A stretch of 64,000 nt of DNA from Antedon mediterranea (Eukaryota > Animalia > Echinodermata). Shown one piece after another: positions 23,525-38,500 of this stretch. The notes beneath the pieces are model-generated. The model searched no databases. It saw only the letters and a program-made list of their open reading frames with translations, and was not told where the DNA came from. Position 1 is the first letter of the stretch; every line of letters starts with the position of its first letter. Both the position numbers and the translations under genes were made by a program. The stretch is taken from contig NC_092672.1 in the NCBI RefSeq assembly GCF_964355755.1, positions 13,144,001 to 13,208,000 of the forward strand, written 5' to 3'.

Positions 23525-26500
23525 ATGTTGAACGCTAAAGAGTATCTAAGTCTGGCAATTCTGACATTTGGTGCGTCAATGACGTCTGCAGGTTAGTAAC
23601 CATCTTTTTGCAAAACGTTATATATTTTTTTATTTTGAAAAATATTTGTGTCCTATTTAAATTGCATATCGTTTATTTTAGTTTGCCACAAATCAATAAG
23701 TTTTACTTAGTCTCAAGAGTAGTAGGTTACACTATTATTATAATTATTGTTGGAGAGACACACCTTACCGGTGACAGCGTTTGTTTAATGCTTTTGTCTT
23801 TCCTCGGCCTCGTGTCTTGTTTTTCATATATATATATATTTTTATGTTTTTTTTGTAATTATTATTTATGAATAAAATAAATAAATAATAAATAAATAAA
23901 ATGGGCACTGTGATACATCTACATTGAAAATCAAATCATATTGGAAATTAATTAATTACCTTAAAGATGTATTGTGTCCCTGAAAAATAAACATTTTTTA
24001 ATCCACTCTGACAAAAAAAAATGGATCGAAACAAATTGTATTTACATGAAAAAAATGTAATTGAATAATAATTTAAAGCAAAAAATGGTAAAATTGGCTG
24101 CCAGCCAATGGGGTTTTGGTTGAGTTTAACCATTTATTTTGTAATTTTATAAGTTTTATATCGTTTTTAATCCCCATAAGCAATTAACTTTATTAAAACT
24201 ACAAAATAATGTATTCAAAGTCTGATTTAAATAATCTTCATCTTTCATGTTTTGGAGGACAATACATCTTTAATCAATTTAAACAGAAGCTAGTATCCTA
24301 CTCCGCCTTCTCATTAGATGTACGTACTAATATTTCGTACACCAATAAATTTGCTGTAATGTTTTTAAACGTTAGTATTTTTTAACATTATTTGTATATT
24401 TCTTGCATAATTTTACCTGTAATTGTGTTCTTTAATTCCATGGAAGACTAAAATAATATACAATTGTATGTATTAACAATGCCATTTCACGGTTTATGTT
24501 TTTTTTATATTTGTATTGACTTGGTTTAATTTGATCCAATTGCTTTTAAAATAAAATTGTACACAGTAATAGAGATCTATTATTCCTGGAGTAAGGTATT
24601 ATTGAGCACAATGTCAGTATACAAATAAAAAAAGTGTTTTTGAGGAGTTGACGTGATGTTATTGCTTTTTTTGTGATGGGAAGTTTTACTAAAATTTGTA
24701 CCGTAATTTGTTTTTAGCCAATACCACAATGGTATCTATACGTAAATAAGATTCAATATTATTATTTTACAGATGTTTTGGATTTCACAATAGTGGTTAA
24801 TAGTGCCGTGGTTGATGCAAACGATGAGGTTAATTTTGGTGGATACCTACATAAATCAGAAGAATCAACATCAATATTTCTAGGTCAAAATATCCTTACA
24901 GAAACTGATTCTAATGAAAATGAAGTGGAATGGACGGATGGTGATAACCCGCCGATAGTCTTAGATAATTCATTCTTTCCAACTGGAACAAGTTTAGGCA
25001 CAGAAACGACTTCAGAATACCAGGCTTTGATAATGACAATGCCCAACAGTAGTGGTATTGCAAAAGTAGGATCGTTTTACGGAAAAGCAATGGCTCAAAA
25101 CAAAGAAGAATTTATACCTTTTGTTATTCTAAATTCAAATGGTAGTTTTCTATTTTTGTTTTTGGTTTCATTTTCTATAGACTGATCGTCTGAAATGGTA
25201 TGGGGAAAGGAAAAGTCATCGGCATCAATAACCATACAATTATAAACACGTCTATATGTCATAGGCCTTATAGTATAAGATCATTTTAAAGACCAAAATA
25301 ATATTCAGTCTTGTGTAAAGTCTATACTTCCATGCTTAAACATTGACCCGACACGATTGACATGATCTTTTTTTTTTCTTTACGCCTTCCGTCGGACAAT
25401 ATTAACGATGGCGACAGGTACATGAACTCATTTAGACATAAACTGCATACATCGCACGTGTGTATTGTTTTTCGTTCTTAATCTCTATTTTCCATTTTTA
25501 TTACTTGTAATGTCTTTCTTCTATTTATATTGTTGTTACATTATTGTTGTTATGGTATGCGTAATGTAACTGTAACAAAAATAAAACTAAAACATTAACA
25601 ACTTAATATAATGAATATAATAATGAATTTAATTCAACACTGTTTTCCACATAGCAACTGTTGTTCCTAAGTATCGATCTTTAACTGCAAGCATCGGTGA
25701 TGATTTGACAGGCTTAATAATGGTAACCAACTATGGGACAGGTAGTTACAGGTGGCGACGTAATGGCAGAAATGTTATAACCTCATACAATGGTAAAAGT
25801 AGCCTTGAATTGACCAATGTTCGTATGGCAGATGCGGGTGTATATGAGTGTTACTTACATGAAACAGGAAGAGACGGAAGGCATGCCATTATTCAAATAA
25901 ATGTTAAAGGTATGCATGATCTGATTGTTTAGAGTGTAGCATTTTAGTGTTCAACTATTCTAACTTGTTGAAGGTTTGGTTTAATAAAAAGTTTAAATCT
26001 ACAAATGTAATGCAACTTATGAATAAGCGACTAATAATTATGGTGTTAATATGTTATGTACGAAAATTACGCAATATCTGGAATATACAATATGAAAATA
26101 ACTATAATTAAAACGGAATATGACAATTTTTAAAATAGCTGAAAACACATGAGGCCTGATACTGATTTTTGTAAAAATCAACAATTAAGTATTCTGCATG
26201 TCAAAAGCGATTTTAAAGAGAAGGGAATCAAAGGGTAACAAAGAAAATGATAAAATTGCATGTAGAAGAATATTTTGGCTGATTTAACCGTTTGGCCAAT
26301 AGGAGAACTTTGAAGCCATGTGATAACTTGTGTAATCAATAAACGATAGACGTTTGATTATAATCTGATAAAGCCTGAATTGTGTAAAAGAAAGACAGAA
26401 CCATAGTTATTATAAGGATTATCTTATATCAAATTTTTCGAATAGGATGTTCGAAAAGGAAGTGGGGAACAGATTGTGATTTAAATTGTCCTGTATGTTA

Positions 26501-29500
26501 CAACGGTGGAATATGCGATCACATTACCGGCTTGTGTATCTGCGCGGCTGGGTTCGAAGGTGTTGATTGTTCAAAAGGTAATGTTTACATGCAATTTGTT
26601 TTACATTTTTATGTAAAATACATAAATCCTACAATTTAATTTTGTGCAAATAACGTCACTGATTGCTGTCTATCTATTGTACAGTTGACATGGTACCGTT
26701 TTGGACCCCATAAACAGTAACTACATGTGTTGTGTGGTATGTGTAGGCCTACTGTGTAGGCTTTATGCCTACTAGCAGTGGTACTTGTATGGAAGCTAAA
26801 TATTATGGTTATCATTCCTTTGATATTTGCCATATGAGAACCATTATCATTTAAATATTGAATTATTTTGCCTTGTATTTATATACCATCTATTTACTTT
26901 CAGCAAATCGGCTTAGAACAGTTATCAAGGAATAAATGAACAGTGATAAAGACCGTTTTTAGAAGTTTGGATGTAATAATAATAATAATAATAATAATAA
27001 TATTTTTATAGCGCACATACCACTCCAGAGTGCTCAAGGCGCGTGTATTTCTGTATAAATCGCATGTTTTATTACTCAACCGAGGCTTTGTATTTCAGGT
27101 TGTGAATCGTCGAACTGGGGAAGAGAGTGTTCTATAAATTCTGTAACAGGACACATTGGAAAGACGTTTTGCCCTCCACGTCCACTCAGTTGCTCTTGCT
27201 ATGCTGGGTACACTGGACATGGATGTGATCAAGGTAGTGAAACGTATTAGATATCGTTATGTCGTGAGGTAATTTCCCGATTGATCGTAATCAAAACGGT
27301 ACTGGGTTTGGTCTACTAGCGTTCCTGCTCCCAACCAGTACATTCATTCATAGAAGCCTTAATGAAGTGAGCCTACCTGGTGGTGGCCATAGAACGGTCC
27401 CGAGATAACGACTATACTTCGGCTTTATGTTATGTATTTAATAAATTTGTTATATCAATTAATTAAATTATCGTAGATTGCATATTATGCGATAAATATT
27501 ATTTAATAAATTTTTGATATATTATTATTATTATAATATTAATAAAAAGATATTTGTTAGTATAAATTTTAAAATATAGATATAAGGAAGAAAAACAAAG
27601 AGATTATGGAGCGGCTGTACCAGAATATACAACACTAAGTATTGTAAAGTTAATATATTAACAATTTAGGCGATCTTGTCAAAGGTCAAGCGCCTTCAGC
27701 CTGCCGCGTTTCGATATTAAATATTGAACTTGAATAGGTTTGTATCTCAAAAATGTATAATTCAAACTACTGGAGTAAATAAACCAAAGCGTATAAACTG
27801 ACACTCTTGTCTTAAGTTAAAATAAATAATAAATAAAAATAACTTTTGAATTATGCATAGAATGTATACTGGGAATGTATGGTCCGGACTGCGTATTTGT
27901 GTGTCATTGTCCGACGAATGTGTGCGATAGACACAAAGGTTGTGCCGAGGATTCTGTGTGTCATTTGGGTTATGCAGGAAAGACATGTCTAGGTGAGTGT
28001 AACATCAGTCAACGATCGTTACTTTTTTATCTATACAAATGCATTTATGATTGTTAATATCAAACAATTAAACTTGTTTAATATTTTACAAATCAGAACA
28101 CCTCTCCTGTCCACCTGGTATGTTCGGTGAATTTTGTCAATATACTTGTCATTGTGAGAGAGAGAAAACAGACACAATAGGAGGCTGTGACAAACATATT
28201 GGAGAATGTTTAAATTACGCCAGCTGTGCTAGTGGATGGGGTGGGTCTGATTGTCAAATAGGTAAATTTTATATTCAAGAAATTGTAAACGCTTTTTTTT
28301 ATCATCAACAAAAGGCAAATAAGTATTGCTCATAATAAATACATTGTTATATATTATTTACTCACTAACCTTTAACAACATTGGAGAGGGTTAAGATTTA
28401 AACCATTCAGACTTATCATTATCAGCTTTGCCAATTCTCAAACGTAACCCAACTACAAGTGTTACAGAAAACAGTATAACTATAAGCTGGGAACGATGGA
28501 CGAGTAGTGTTGACTACGGAACCGGACCCGTCACAAAATACCAAGTAATTTATCGGACACCACCGAACTCTGGATTTCCTTTTATATTATTGAGCGAAGT
28601 AAATGTGGACGATTTAATGCGAGTGAACATTGATGATTTGGAAACAAGAACTAACTATGAAATAAGAATTATTTTATATAGGCAGAGTGAAGGAGAGAAT
28701 TATACATCAGTTGGTTCAAGTCAAATAGTAATTACATCAGGAGAAGGTAAGAAAGCTATACGTAACGTTAAAGTTGAATTTGCAAGATAGATATATTTTA
28801 TTACCATTTTTTTTTTAAGTCATATTACCACGGAGAGTAATATATTTTGGTTATTTTCAGACAAAATCATGGATTTTACATTTTTTTGTGGCACACCACG
28901 AGTTGACGTTGATGATACTACGATGTCTACGTTTATTGGCGGATATAGTGGCAGTGATCATAAAACAAGTGATATACAGATCGAAAAAATTGTCACTGAA
29001 AATGAAGAAGATTTCTTCGGTCGTGCAATAACATGGAATGATGGATCAAAAATAGAAGGAATCATATTGGGAAATGAAACCATGTTTCCAGCTGGAACTC
29101 GTGTCCAAATTTCAACTCAACTCACCTACTATGCATTACGTGTGTATATTGACTCTGCCAGTGGCGTTAATAAACTGGGAGCATTTTACGCAAAAGCTAA
29201 TAAATATTTAGGAACGAGTAGGCATATATCTAGCGACATTGTATCAATCGTCTTTAGTAAACATGGTAAGTAATTGAACGATAACAGAATTGAATTATTA
29301 TGACGTAGTATGTCTATTTGACCGATTTTATGTTCCTTATGTTGTTGTGAAATGATTCCTTGTGTTGCATTGCACAGCCACGAATAAAGTGGTTGTTGGG
29401 ACACTTCACATTAGCGACCATACAACATTAACAATCTTCATGAAGAATAACAACATTCTCTGGATGTATACAAAGATAAGAATATATGAAGAATGCAAAA

Positions 29501-32500
29501 AGACCAAATGAGTTTTAATTTATATCTATATTTATTTATTATCATCATTATACCGCGTATTCGCCGGGGTTTTATAATTATTTTTATTAGGCCTAATATT
29601 TTCTTTTATTACGAAATATTCTTATAAAATATGGTTATTATTTAGATTTTACTTTGTGATACTGTTCAGTCATTACTTAATGTTAATTATAATCTTTTAG
29701 CATCAGTAACGTCTGTTAGAAGAACTTGGACAACCGGTACAGGAGAACGCGTAATGATGGACATGGTTGCTGACAACTCGACGGATAAATGGTGGCGCCA
29801 CAACGGCATTACTCTTAACGAATGGAACAACAGTCTTTCTATCAAAATTGATGTAGTAAGAAAACAAGATGCTGGAATATACGAATGCTTACCTACAGAA
29901 TATTGGGAGAATGGGAATAAAGGAATTACAAATTTAATTGTTAGAGGTAAAACGAATTCTTTACTTTAAACAATGTGATGCCTAACGACTTGTAATAATT
30001 GATTTTAAAGTCGTGATACTTTATTTTCACACCAGACTGTCCACTTCGTAAATGGGGACCACCTGATTGTTTACGGAACTGTCCAACTTGTTACAATGGC
30101 GGAGTTTGTGATGACGTAACAGGATCATGTGTCTGTACCGTCGGTTTTCGTGGTATCAACTGTGAAACAGGTCTGTGAAGTTTAAATATTAGTAATTTTC
30201 TGTATAAATCCATAAGAATAATTATCGTGAGGTAATTTCCCGATTGATCGTAATCAAAACGGTACTGGGTATGGTCTACTAGTTTTTCTGCTCCCAACCA
30301 GTACATCCATTCATAGAAGCTTTGATGAAGTAAGCCTACCTGGTGGTAACCATAGAACGGTTCCGAGATAACGACTATACTTCGGCTTTATTAATTAAAT
30401 TCCGCCATCGCTGTTTGACCCGTAGTTCCCGACATCAATGAAAGAAAAGCAGTAGTCAGCATCGACCAGTGCTAGTAGCACAACTGAGTGTGTCGACTTA
30501 TAGTTATAAAACAATGACCCCGATCTATCTGGAGCTACAATCTGTACATGTTTGCCGTCTATTGCTCCAATGCAATTTGGGAAATTCCATTTCGAATTAA
30601 ACTCCTCCGCGATTTGCTTTCAATCGCTACGTGATGGAATAGCCATGTAAGTGTTTTTTAAATTATCCCAAATCGCCTGGCAGACTTCTGGAATAATTTT
30701 ACATATAGTCGACTTCCCAACACGATATGCAAAATACATCGTCGGATATGAATCACCCGTAGCAAGATACCTAAAACAAGACATAAAAACAAGTTTCAAA
30801 ATTACTCCAATGTAAACGGCAGTTAGGCTATTTAATATTACTAATTTGGCCTATAAAATATTATTTCAAAAAGCCTCATTTACGATGTAAAAATCTCTTC
30901 GTAAGACGTTCTACTAAGTTCATGCGTATTCATGAACTTTGGTAGAGTTAAATACTAAAACTGTATTATATTAAATTATTTAATAATTATTATGTTGGTG
31001 AAAATGATAGGCCCTAATGCCCGTAATTGCCTATAATCATATACAAGACCTACTACTAAACAATGGCCTATTGAAGTTTGGTGACAACTAAGTAGACGAA
31101 TATAATTTAAATTAATAAACCTCGGAGCATTACCGTACCTTAAACAGATGGATAAACGTTCTTCTGCTGAGATACTCTCTCTGAATCTTGTGTCCCGTTT
31201 TGTAATATCTTTAATTAAACTGACAAGATGACCGTATTGGTGAGGCGTCATTCTAAAATAATTGAAGAATTCGTCTTCATTGGTCGCCAGATTACGTTTT
31301 ACCAACGTTTCAAATTGACCAAATTTCTTTCTTTCTGAACAGACCTCGTTCACCCATTTTCTTTTCCTTCTTTTGGCTAAAATTATAGCGGAAAGAATAA
31401 TTTCGTCCTCACTACCATCCGATGACCATCCAGAAACGGCTGCCATTTTAACGTTTGCCCGTTCTCACGGAATACGTCACAAAACGGAACAGGTGTGAAT
31501 GTTTAAAACGGAACGGTGAACGGGCGCGTCACGTTGAAAGAAACGGCGCCGTCTTCCGTTCCGCGAAACGGAGCAGGTGTGAATGCCCCTTAAGTATGTA
31601 CATTTATACTAGTCACCGGTGTACTTTCAAACATGGAGTAAAGAATAAGAGGAGGCACAACTCGGCCTAGCTATCCAGTTAATCCAATTAGTATCACGCT
31701 GTGCGGTAGTGCTTAAGCATAGGGTAATAAACTTCCCATAACGATCCTTTGAAGAACATCCTGTTTACCCGTGCAGCTCGCTGCAGAGTCGGCTCTGATT
31801 ACGTAACACCCTAATTAAGGAAGAAGCCAGGCATGACATCGGTGACAAAAAAAGTAAACAGAGGCTGCGCAGTAGTTTCTAATACATCATAGTGAAGCAT
31901 GACCTTTGTGCAGTTGTTCATTGTTCTTTGAGCTTTTTTCTCGAAAAAACCGTTTAAAAATCGAGTAAATTTTCACGGAGATATCGCAGTTTTTATACCA
32001 GCTAACAAATTAATCATATTTTTTATCAAGCCATAGACGTATCATTTGGTAAATCGAAATTTTACCGTTTAAACAACTTTTTAATTTACGAACCCTAGTG
32101 CATTTTGTAGCATATTAAAGACTCCAACTTATTTTAAAATCACATTTTAGTGCGCGCAAATGCGCGCATGAAAAAAATTATATAATTTGTTCTCATGAAT
32201 ATTCAAAAATATACGTATAGTAGAATTCCAACGACACAATTTCTTATTTTTATTACTGTATATGACATTTAATTTATGTTTCAGTCTATATTATGACTGT
32301 TTAGCAAAACTAACATTCTTCTATTTTAGTCTGATATTGTATAATTAAATTATTTATGATATTAATATCATAAAATATATGATTTTTACGATCACATACT
32401 TAGAGTTCAGTGAACTTGTAGGACTTAAATTATATATCGTTTAACGATTTGTGGCTACACATAGGCCTAGTAGTTCGTAATATATTATTATTTAATAAAT

Positions 32501-35500
32501 AGCCTAAATAAGGATAATATTTAATCCCATAATGATGGACATATTTAGTGCATACCGTAACCGGTAGGCCTAATAGGTTCAGGCATAGGCGCGCCTATAG
32601 TAACAATAAACAATATCAATAATAATAATAGGTTTTTTTTATGTAGGTCTATATTAATATATTAATAATTGTAATAAGGTTAGAAAACAAATAGTAGTAA
32701 TATTTTATTAAAGAAGAAATCAATCAATTAGTTTTAGTTTTCGGTTGGTCGTTATTATAATATTATATAATATGGTATAAAATGGTACGGTACTACGAGA
32801 ATATTCGTTTAGTATCAACCCGTAACAACAACTACAAATGATATGTGTTGGTTAAAAATTCAATTACAAATATAGTCTATGCTCTTTTGTAATTATAAGC
32901 CATTGTATAAAAGGATTATGTACAGTTCGGTACATAGCGGTTAATCGTAAAATTAAAAAATCGGACATACGAACAATAGATCGCCAACATTATTCGTACC
33001 CTTTTGCTGTATTGCGTACGTCGATCACGACTGATGCGGCTGTAAACTTCGCCTGGAAAGTAACTAGTACAGTACACATTCTGGTCCCTGGATGGAACAT
33101 GATATCACACGTAAACCGCAATGGAGCAGGTCCAATGTTAAACAATTCGTACAAAGGGGAACCGCCAGACAAGTGCGTACCTAATCATTGTTTATTAGAT
33201 CGCTGGCAATAATGCATGCAAAGTGCAATTGCTCTCCGCTCCACCAAGCAACGTACAGTACTAAAAAAAATGGAACGTCGTGGTTTTTCTAGGCGCTGAA
33301 GTTATACGAAGTGAACGCGAATGATTTTTACTGTATATTATATTCCCCGACGAAAAGTACTCGCGTTTCCCAGACGGGGAAGAGGGGAGGGGGGGGGGGG
33401 GGGGGGAGACGACGAGGGAATACAGCCCCCGTAACCCCCCGCTGGCACCACCACTGGTCCTTATTAAACCCATTTATTCATCATGATTCATGATAAGTTG
33501 TCTGGAGAAATTACCAACATTTAGTACACAGTAAACCATATAAATATAATTCCTTTATTGGTGCCGTATAAAACTCGTATTATTAATTTATTAATAAAAG
33601 ATATCCAGTAGAATATATATATAGCGCTGCTTTTTAATAAAAATTAATAAACAAGGTCGGAATACAAGTTCAGTAGGTCTACAAACAGTATATAGTACAC
33701 CTTTCACGCTTGAACGCACATCGCCTAGCAAGAGTATTGTGACGTCCTAATACGCATGTGTACTAACACCAAAATTGACCGCGGGCAGTAAACATTGTAC
33801 TCTTTGCTAATTGGGTTACGTAACGGCAGTGTTTAGCACCTCCTTAAATACTCATTACAAGCATAGCCTTAAGCAAGCGGTAAACACGATGAACTGACTG
33901 AACTATTCAAGTTGTGCCTCCTCTTATTCTTTACTCCATGTTTCAAATAAAACAATCAAATCATCAAAATGTTTATCTTTTATTAATATTAAGACGACGT
34001 ATCGCCGACTTCAGAAACAATAACCCCGTTCAAGCATGATTCAAGCAATCCATCACTACATAACTAAGAACCAGATACCATTTAGTATTATAGAGTAGTA
34101 GCCTATATTTAGGAAATGGTTAACCTGTCTTATTTTTTCCATTAAATGTTATTCACAATATAGCATGTGGTTCACAATTTTTTGGAAGGAATTGTGATAT
34201 GCATTGTTCAACAAAGAGTGTTGAATCGTGTATGGGCAACATGATGTGTCCACCATCACCACAGGGATGTTCTTGCACTGATGGATATACTGGTCTAGAC
34301 TGTAATCAAGGTATGATACGTGAAAAAGATGACCTAAACAATATCATTATGACACAGCTTATGTTCCTGTTTATTGCTCAACACAATATTATAGGCCTTT
34401 AGCGAAAATAAAATAACAGTTTAATTATTTTAAACATAATTCTGTATTAATATACATTAGCACACATTTGATTATAACAGGATTAATTTACATGTACTTA
34501 TTGTGTATATAAGTTATATAATGTGCATTTTGGTGGTATCAGTTGTCGTTTTAAGGAATGTGATATTATCCATTGTGTATTTCGCTTTGTTTATCGAAGT
34601 CATCTTAATATTATTATGCGTATGTTCGTGAAGAATACTATGCATTCCTTAGTATGATAGCGATGATCCAAACTTGTATTGGTTTGGCGGTTGTTTAATG
34701 TGTATTTGCCAAATAAAACACCCTTCAGATCAGCAAAAAATACAGAGCTGGTATAAAATTACTTTAAGTAAATAAAATTATTAAGTCGAAACCAGTTTCG
34801 TTATTATAAATATTATTATTATAAAGTGGTACATTTTTGTTAAAACAATCTTTAATTTTTTATCAATTTATTTAGGTATATACTTACATATAAAAATACA
34901 AAAGAATATATAATTTAAGAGTATGCGTTAGTTAATGTATTCAATCTACACTTAATCTATCTTATTTATGCTTCTAGATACAAAATTACCGATATATTTA
35001 TGTGATAGTTTTTATTGTTTCCAATACTTTTGTTTTGGTCCTGTTATATTCTGTTATCTTTTAATTATTGTTATATTATTTATGCAAGTATTTTGAAATT
35101 AAATAAATTAAAATTATTAATGTTATATATAAATGCAATTTGCAGAATGTTCTTCTGGAATGTATGGGTCTGATTGTCAGCAGAAATGCCAGTGTGACGT
35201 TAGTCTGTGTGATCGAAAGGTTGGATGTTATGAACCATGTTACGAAGGATATACTGGACCTCAATGCCAAGGTAATACACTTATCGAAGAAGGGAACATT
35301 CCATATTTATCTGTCGAGTACGGTCCTATTTCCCAAAAAACATTGGATAATGTTTATTTATCAAAAATATATGGTTTTAAATTGATTTAAACTAGAATAA
35401 ATGTCTCTATGATGACTTTTAAAAGTTATTTTAGTAGATGTTGTGCGTTTCATAGTTATATACCAATTGCCCTTCTTGCCTTCTACCATTAAAAATGTAA

Positions 35501-38500
35501 ATTTGACTTTTTTCAGTATTAGTGCATGATCGTACTTGCTCCAATGGTCACTTCGGTGCCTTATGTAACTATCCTTGTCATTGCCAACACTCATCAAATT
35601 GTCATCGTAATGGAAGCTGTGATAATGGATGTGCTGCCGAATGGACAGGGGCCGACTGCAGTATTGGTATGTTTTTGTTCTAATATTAGTTTTAGGCAGA
35701 AGAATAATGTGCCACCTCGACGAATAAACAATAGTAAGGGTAGGTTTGCGATACACCATGTGTTTCCTAAAGGAAATATAGTATTGAGAATGCCTATTTC
35801 ACCATTTTGAAGAGTTTTTTGTGATATTTAATGCAGTAGTACCTGAATTGATGATGTATTACCAATTAGCTTAATCAACTTTTACTATGTGATAACAATG
35901 TTAAGTCTTCAAATAGAGACAGATAAACAGAGTAGGTTTACCTACTGCTATACAGTGTTCATAATTATTTACCTTTCCGTAAAGGGAATATTCCTATATT
36001 AAAATAATCAAGTCCATCAAGTGTGTGTAAATTAATATAGCTCTGCCGTATATGACGAAATTGAACGTGACTGATATACAAGCAACTAGTATAGAAGTGT
36101 CTCATTTGTGGGTATTTGGTGAAGACTTTGGAACAGGACCCGCTACTGCTTATACATTATGTTACCGCAGCACCATCGATTGGCTTTGTCGGAAAACAAT
36201 ACAAAGTCTGTCAACAATCAATAGTTTAATACCAAACACAACACTTGAAGTAAAGGTTCAAGTTTTCAAAAGGATTGATTATACTGACATTGGAGGTCCT
36301 ATGATAACTGTTACAAGAATCAGAACTATTTGTCTCGGTAAGTTCTAAACTTGATCAATTACTTTAATTTGTCTAGTTTTGATTATAGTTTAAAAATAAA
36401 AATAAACTCTATCCAACTCGCAACAAAACGTATTTATTCTCAGCATTATAATCTCACTTCCTTTAAATATCTTTTTAAAAAATTCAGTTCTCACCCTTTT
36501 GGTGACGACAATATTGTCATTAAAACTGAATGTGGTAGAATAATAATTGACAATTTTATATACAATACTGATTTATTCATAATTTTATCTTTTTTTATTC
36601 ATTTTGATTTTTCATTTTCATTGTAAAAACCTGTACAACCAATAATGGAAGTAGAATTACATGTACAATATATAATATATATATTATATTGGTTGAACAT
36701 AACAGTTACGCATAATATGACAAGGAGTATATCATCTATATATAAATTATGGTTAATTCTGACATAGGCGAGCACAATGCAAAAACTTCGGTACAAATCT
36801 CCGCCTTGGATACCTACCTTATCTATCTGAGATGTACCGCGAAACGTAGATTTGATAACATTAGTGTTCACGGCGACGCTATTGTTCCATATTTCTATCT
36901 TGGGAAGATATTATAAAGAGTTTTTTAACACAATTTATGATTTCAACATTAGATTTTCATCTCAATTTCAATTCTTCCCGGTCAAAGTAATTTCCGGGTT
37001 TAAGATAAGTTCACCTTGCAGCAACCTGGTTTCAAATATTTTCTCTCTTTTATACACAAGGGAGCAGTTAAAATAATAGATTTGACCCTAAAGGTGACTG
37101 GAAACAGGCACTTTGCATCAATCAATACAGTGTCCCTTTGGAAGACGAAAAAAAAATCAGTTATAGGCCATTAATCATAGCCATTTCAGTTTTTGTTTAT
37201 TTTAAAACATACCGCGGCGCGTTTGTGAAGGTACAGTAGTTAAATAATAGGAATTATCTATATATAAATTTACGTAAGGGCAAAATTCGGTAAATCGCGC
37301 GTTATTTCTAGAATGTTTACTCGATGGTATATAAAGTTAGTTCGTACTTTCGGTACTGATTTTAACCACTTGATGTAACCCTGTTTACTAATTAAATTGA
37401 GTTCGATAATTAGTTATTGACGATTAAAACGAATTTAGGTTCAACGATTTGCCCCAAATAGGGGTGTTTTTCGATCGTGGTATACACTGTCGAATGGATG
37501 TCCGTCTTGAAAAATACCCGCAGACGATAATACGAGGATGCTTCGCATTTTCCTATCTCCTCCTACGATAATTGTTTTTAATGGCTGAAAACCGGTTGAA
37601 CAGCTCGAGTACAGCATCATAATGTTGAAGACAGGCCGATTTTCTTTAAAAAATACTATTTTGATAGATTTAATATACGTTTATACAAATGTATTGATTT
37701 GCGATGAATGGAACATTCCAATCTCTGTTCCTCAAGTGTCTATTCCCTCAGGCGTCGTAAAGGCAAGTGCTGTATACTCATAACAGAAATTCGATACATT
37801 TTTTTTTTCAATCTGTGCTGCAGTGGTTGGATATACATTTTTCATCCTGCTGCTCTAGCCCGCTACGTCACACGAGATGACTCATTCATTAGATGAAATC
37901 AAGCAGCTTTATAGTACTACACTTTGACATTTTTGTTAAAATGGAAACTCCATTATAATTTATTGGTACCACCTGTTGAATCCAAAAACGGCTGAGAAAA
38001 GAGTCTAATGACAAATCCCAAAGCCTTCTGGTATTTATGAGTCCCATGATATAATTCGCTGTCAGATAATCATTGAATTATTATCAAAACAGTCCATTGA
38101 AGTTTTTGTTTGTAATAGGATACTTGAAGTATCTAGGCGTGATGAAGTGACCCCCAGACTTGACCTTAGCAATAACAATAAGCGAGCAGCGTTTTTTGTA
38201 AGAAATATTCTTGTTTTAAAACGGATAATGAGCTAGAGTTTTCACTCGCCGTATATTATGTACAAATCTTTATTATTGCAATTAAACCACCCACATCATC
38301 ACCCTTCTCTCACTGGCATGAGTAGCGTTGTAAATCCAGTAGAGGATAGGCCTACAGTACATCACATGCCGCCCTAAACTCAGAAAAACTTTGGTGGGTA
38401 GGGTAGGAACCAACTTAAGTATGAATTGGCTCTTAGAAACAATTGAAAACCATTAGGCCTACTTATTAAGTTGAGTTAGATAATTTAATATTTATTGACG

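Noticed and set aside
23608-23871. Recurrent hydrophobic ORF MQNVIYFF... (also 43898, 62000) and similar repeated short ORFs such as MYLESVAA, MVKIVLFE and MYIWDISG
   Set aside because: They are intronic or intergenic AT-rich sequence, mostly with non-ATG starts and often with ends that differ between copies. They recur only because the whole unit is duplicated.
33380-33410. Poly-G run (and poly-C at ~39418-39433) as a G-quadruplex regulatory element
   Set aside because: Both lie inside copy-specific transposons, with no link to the gene.
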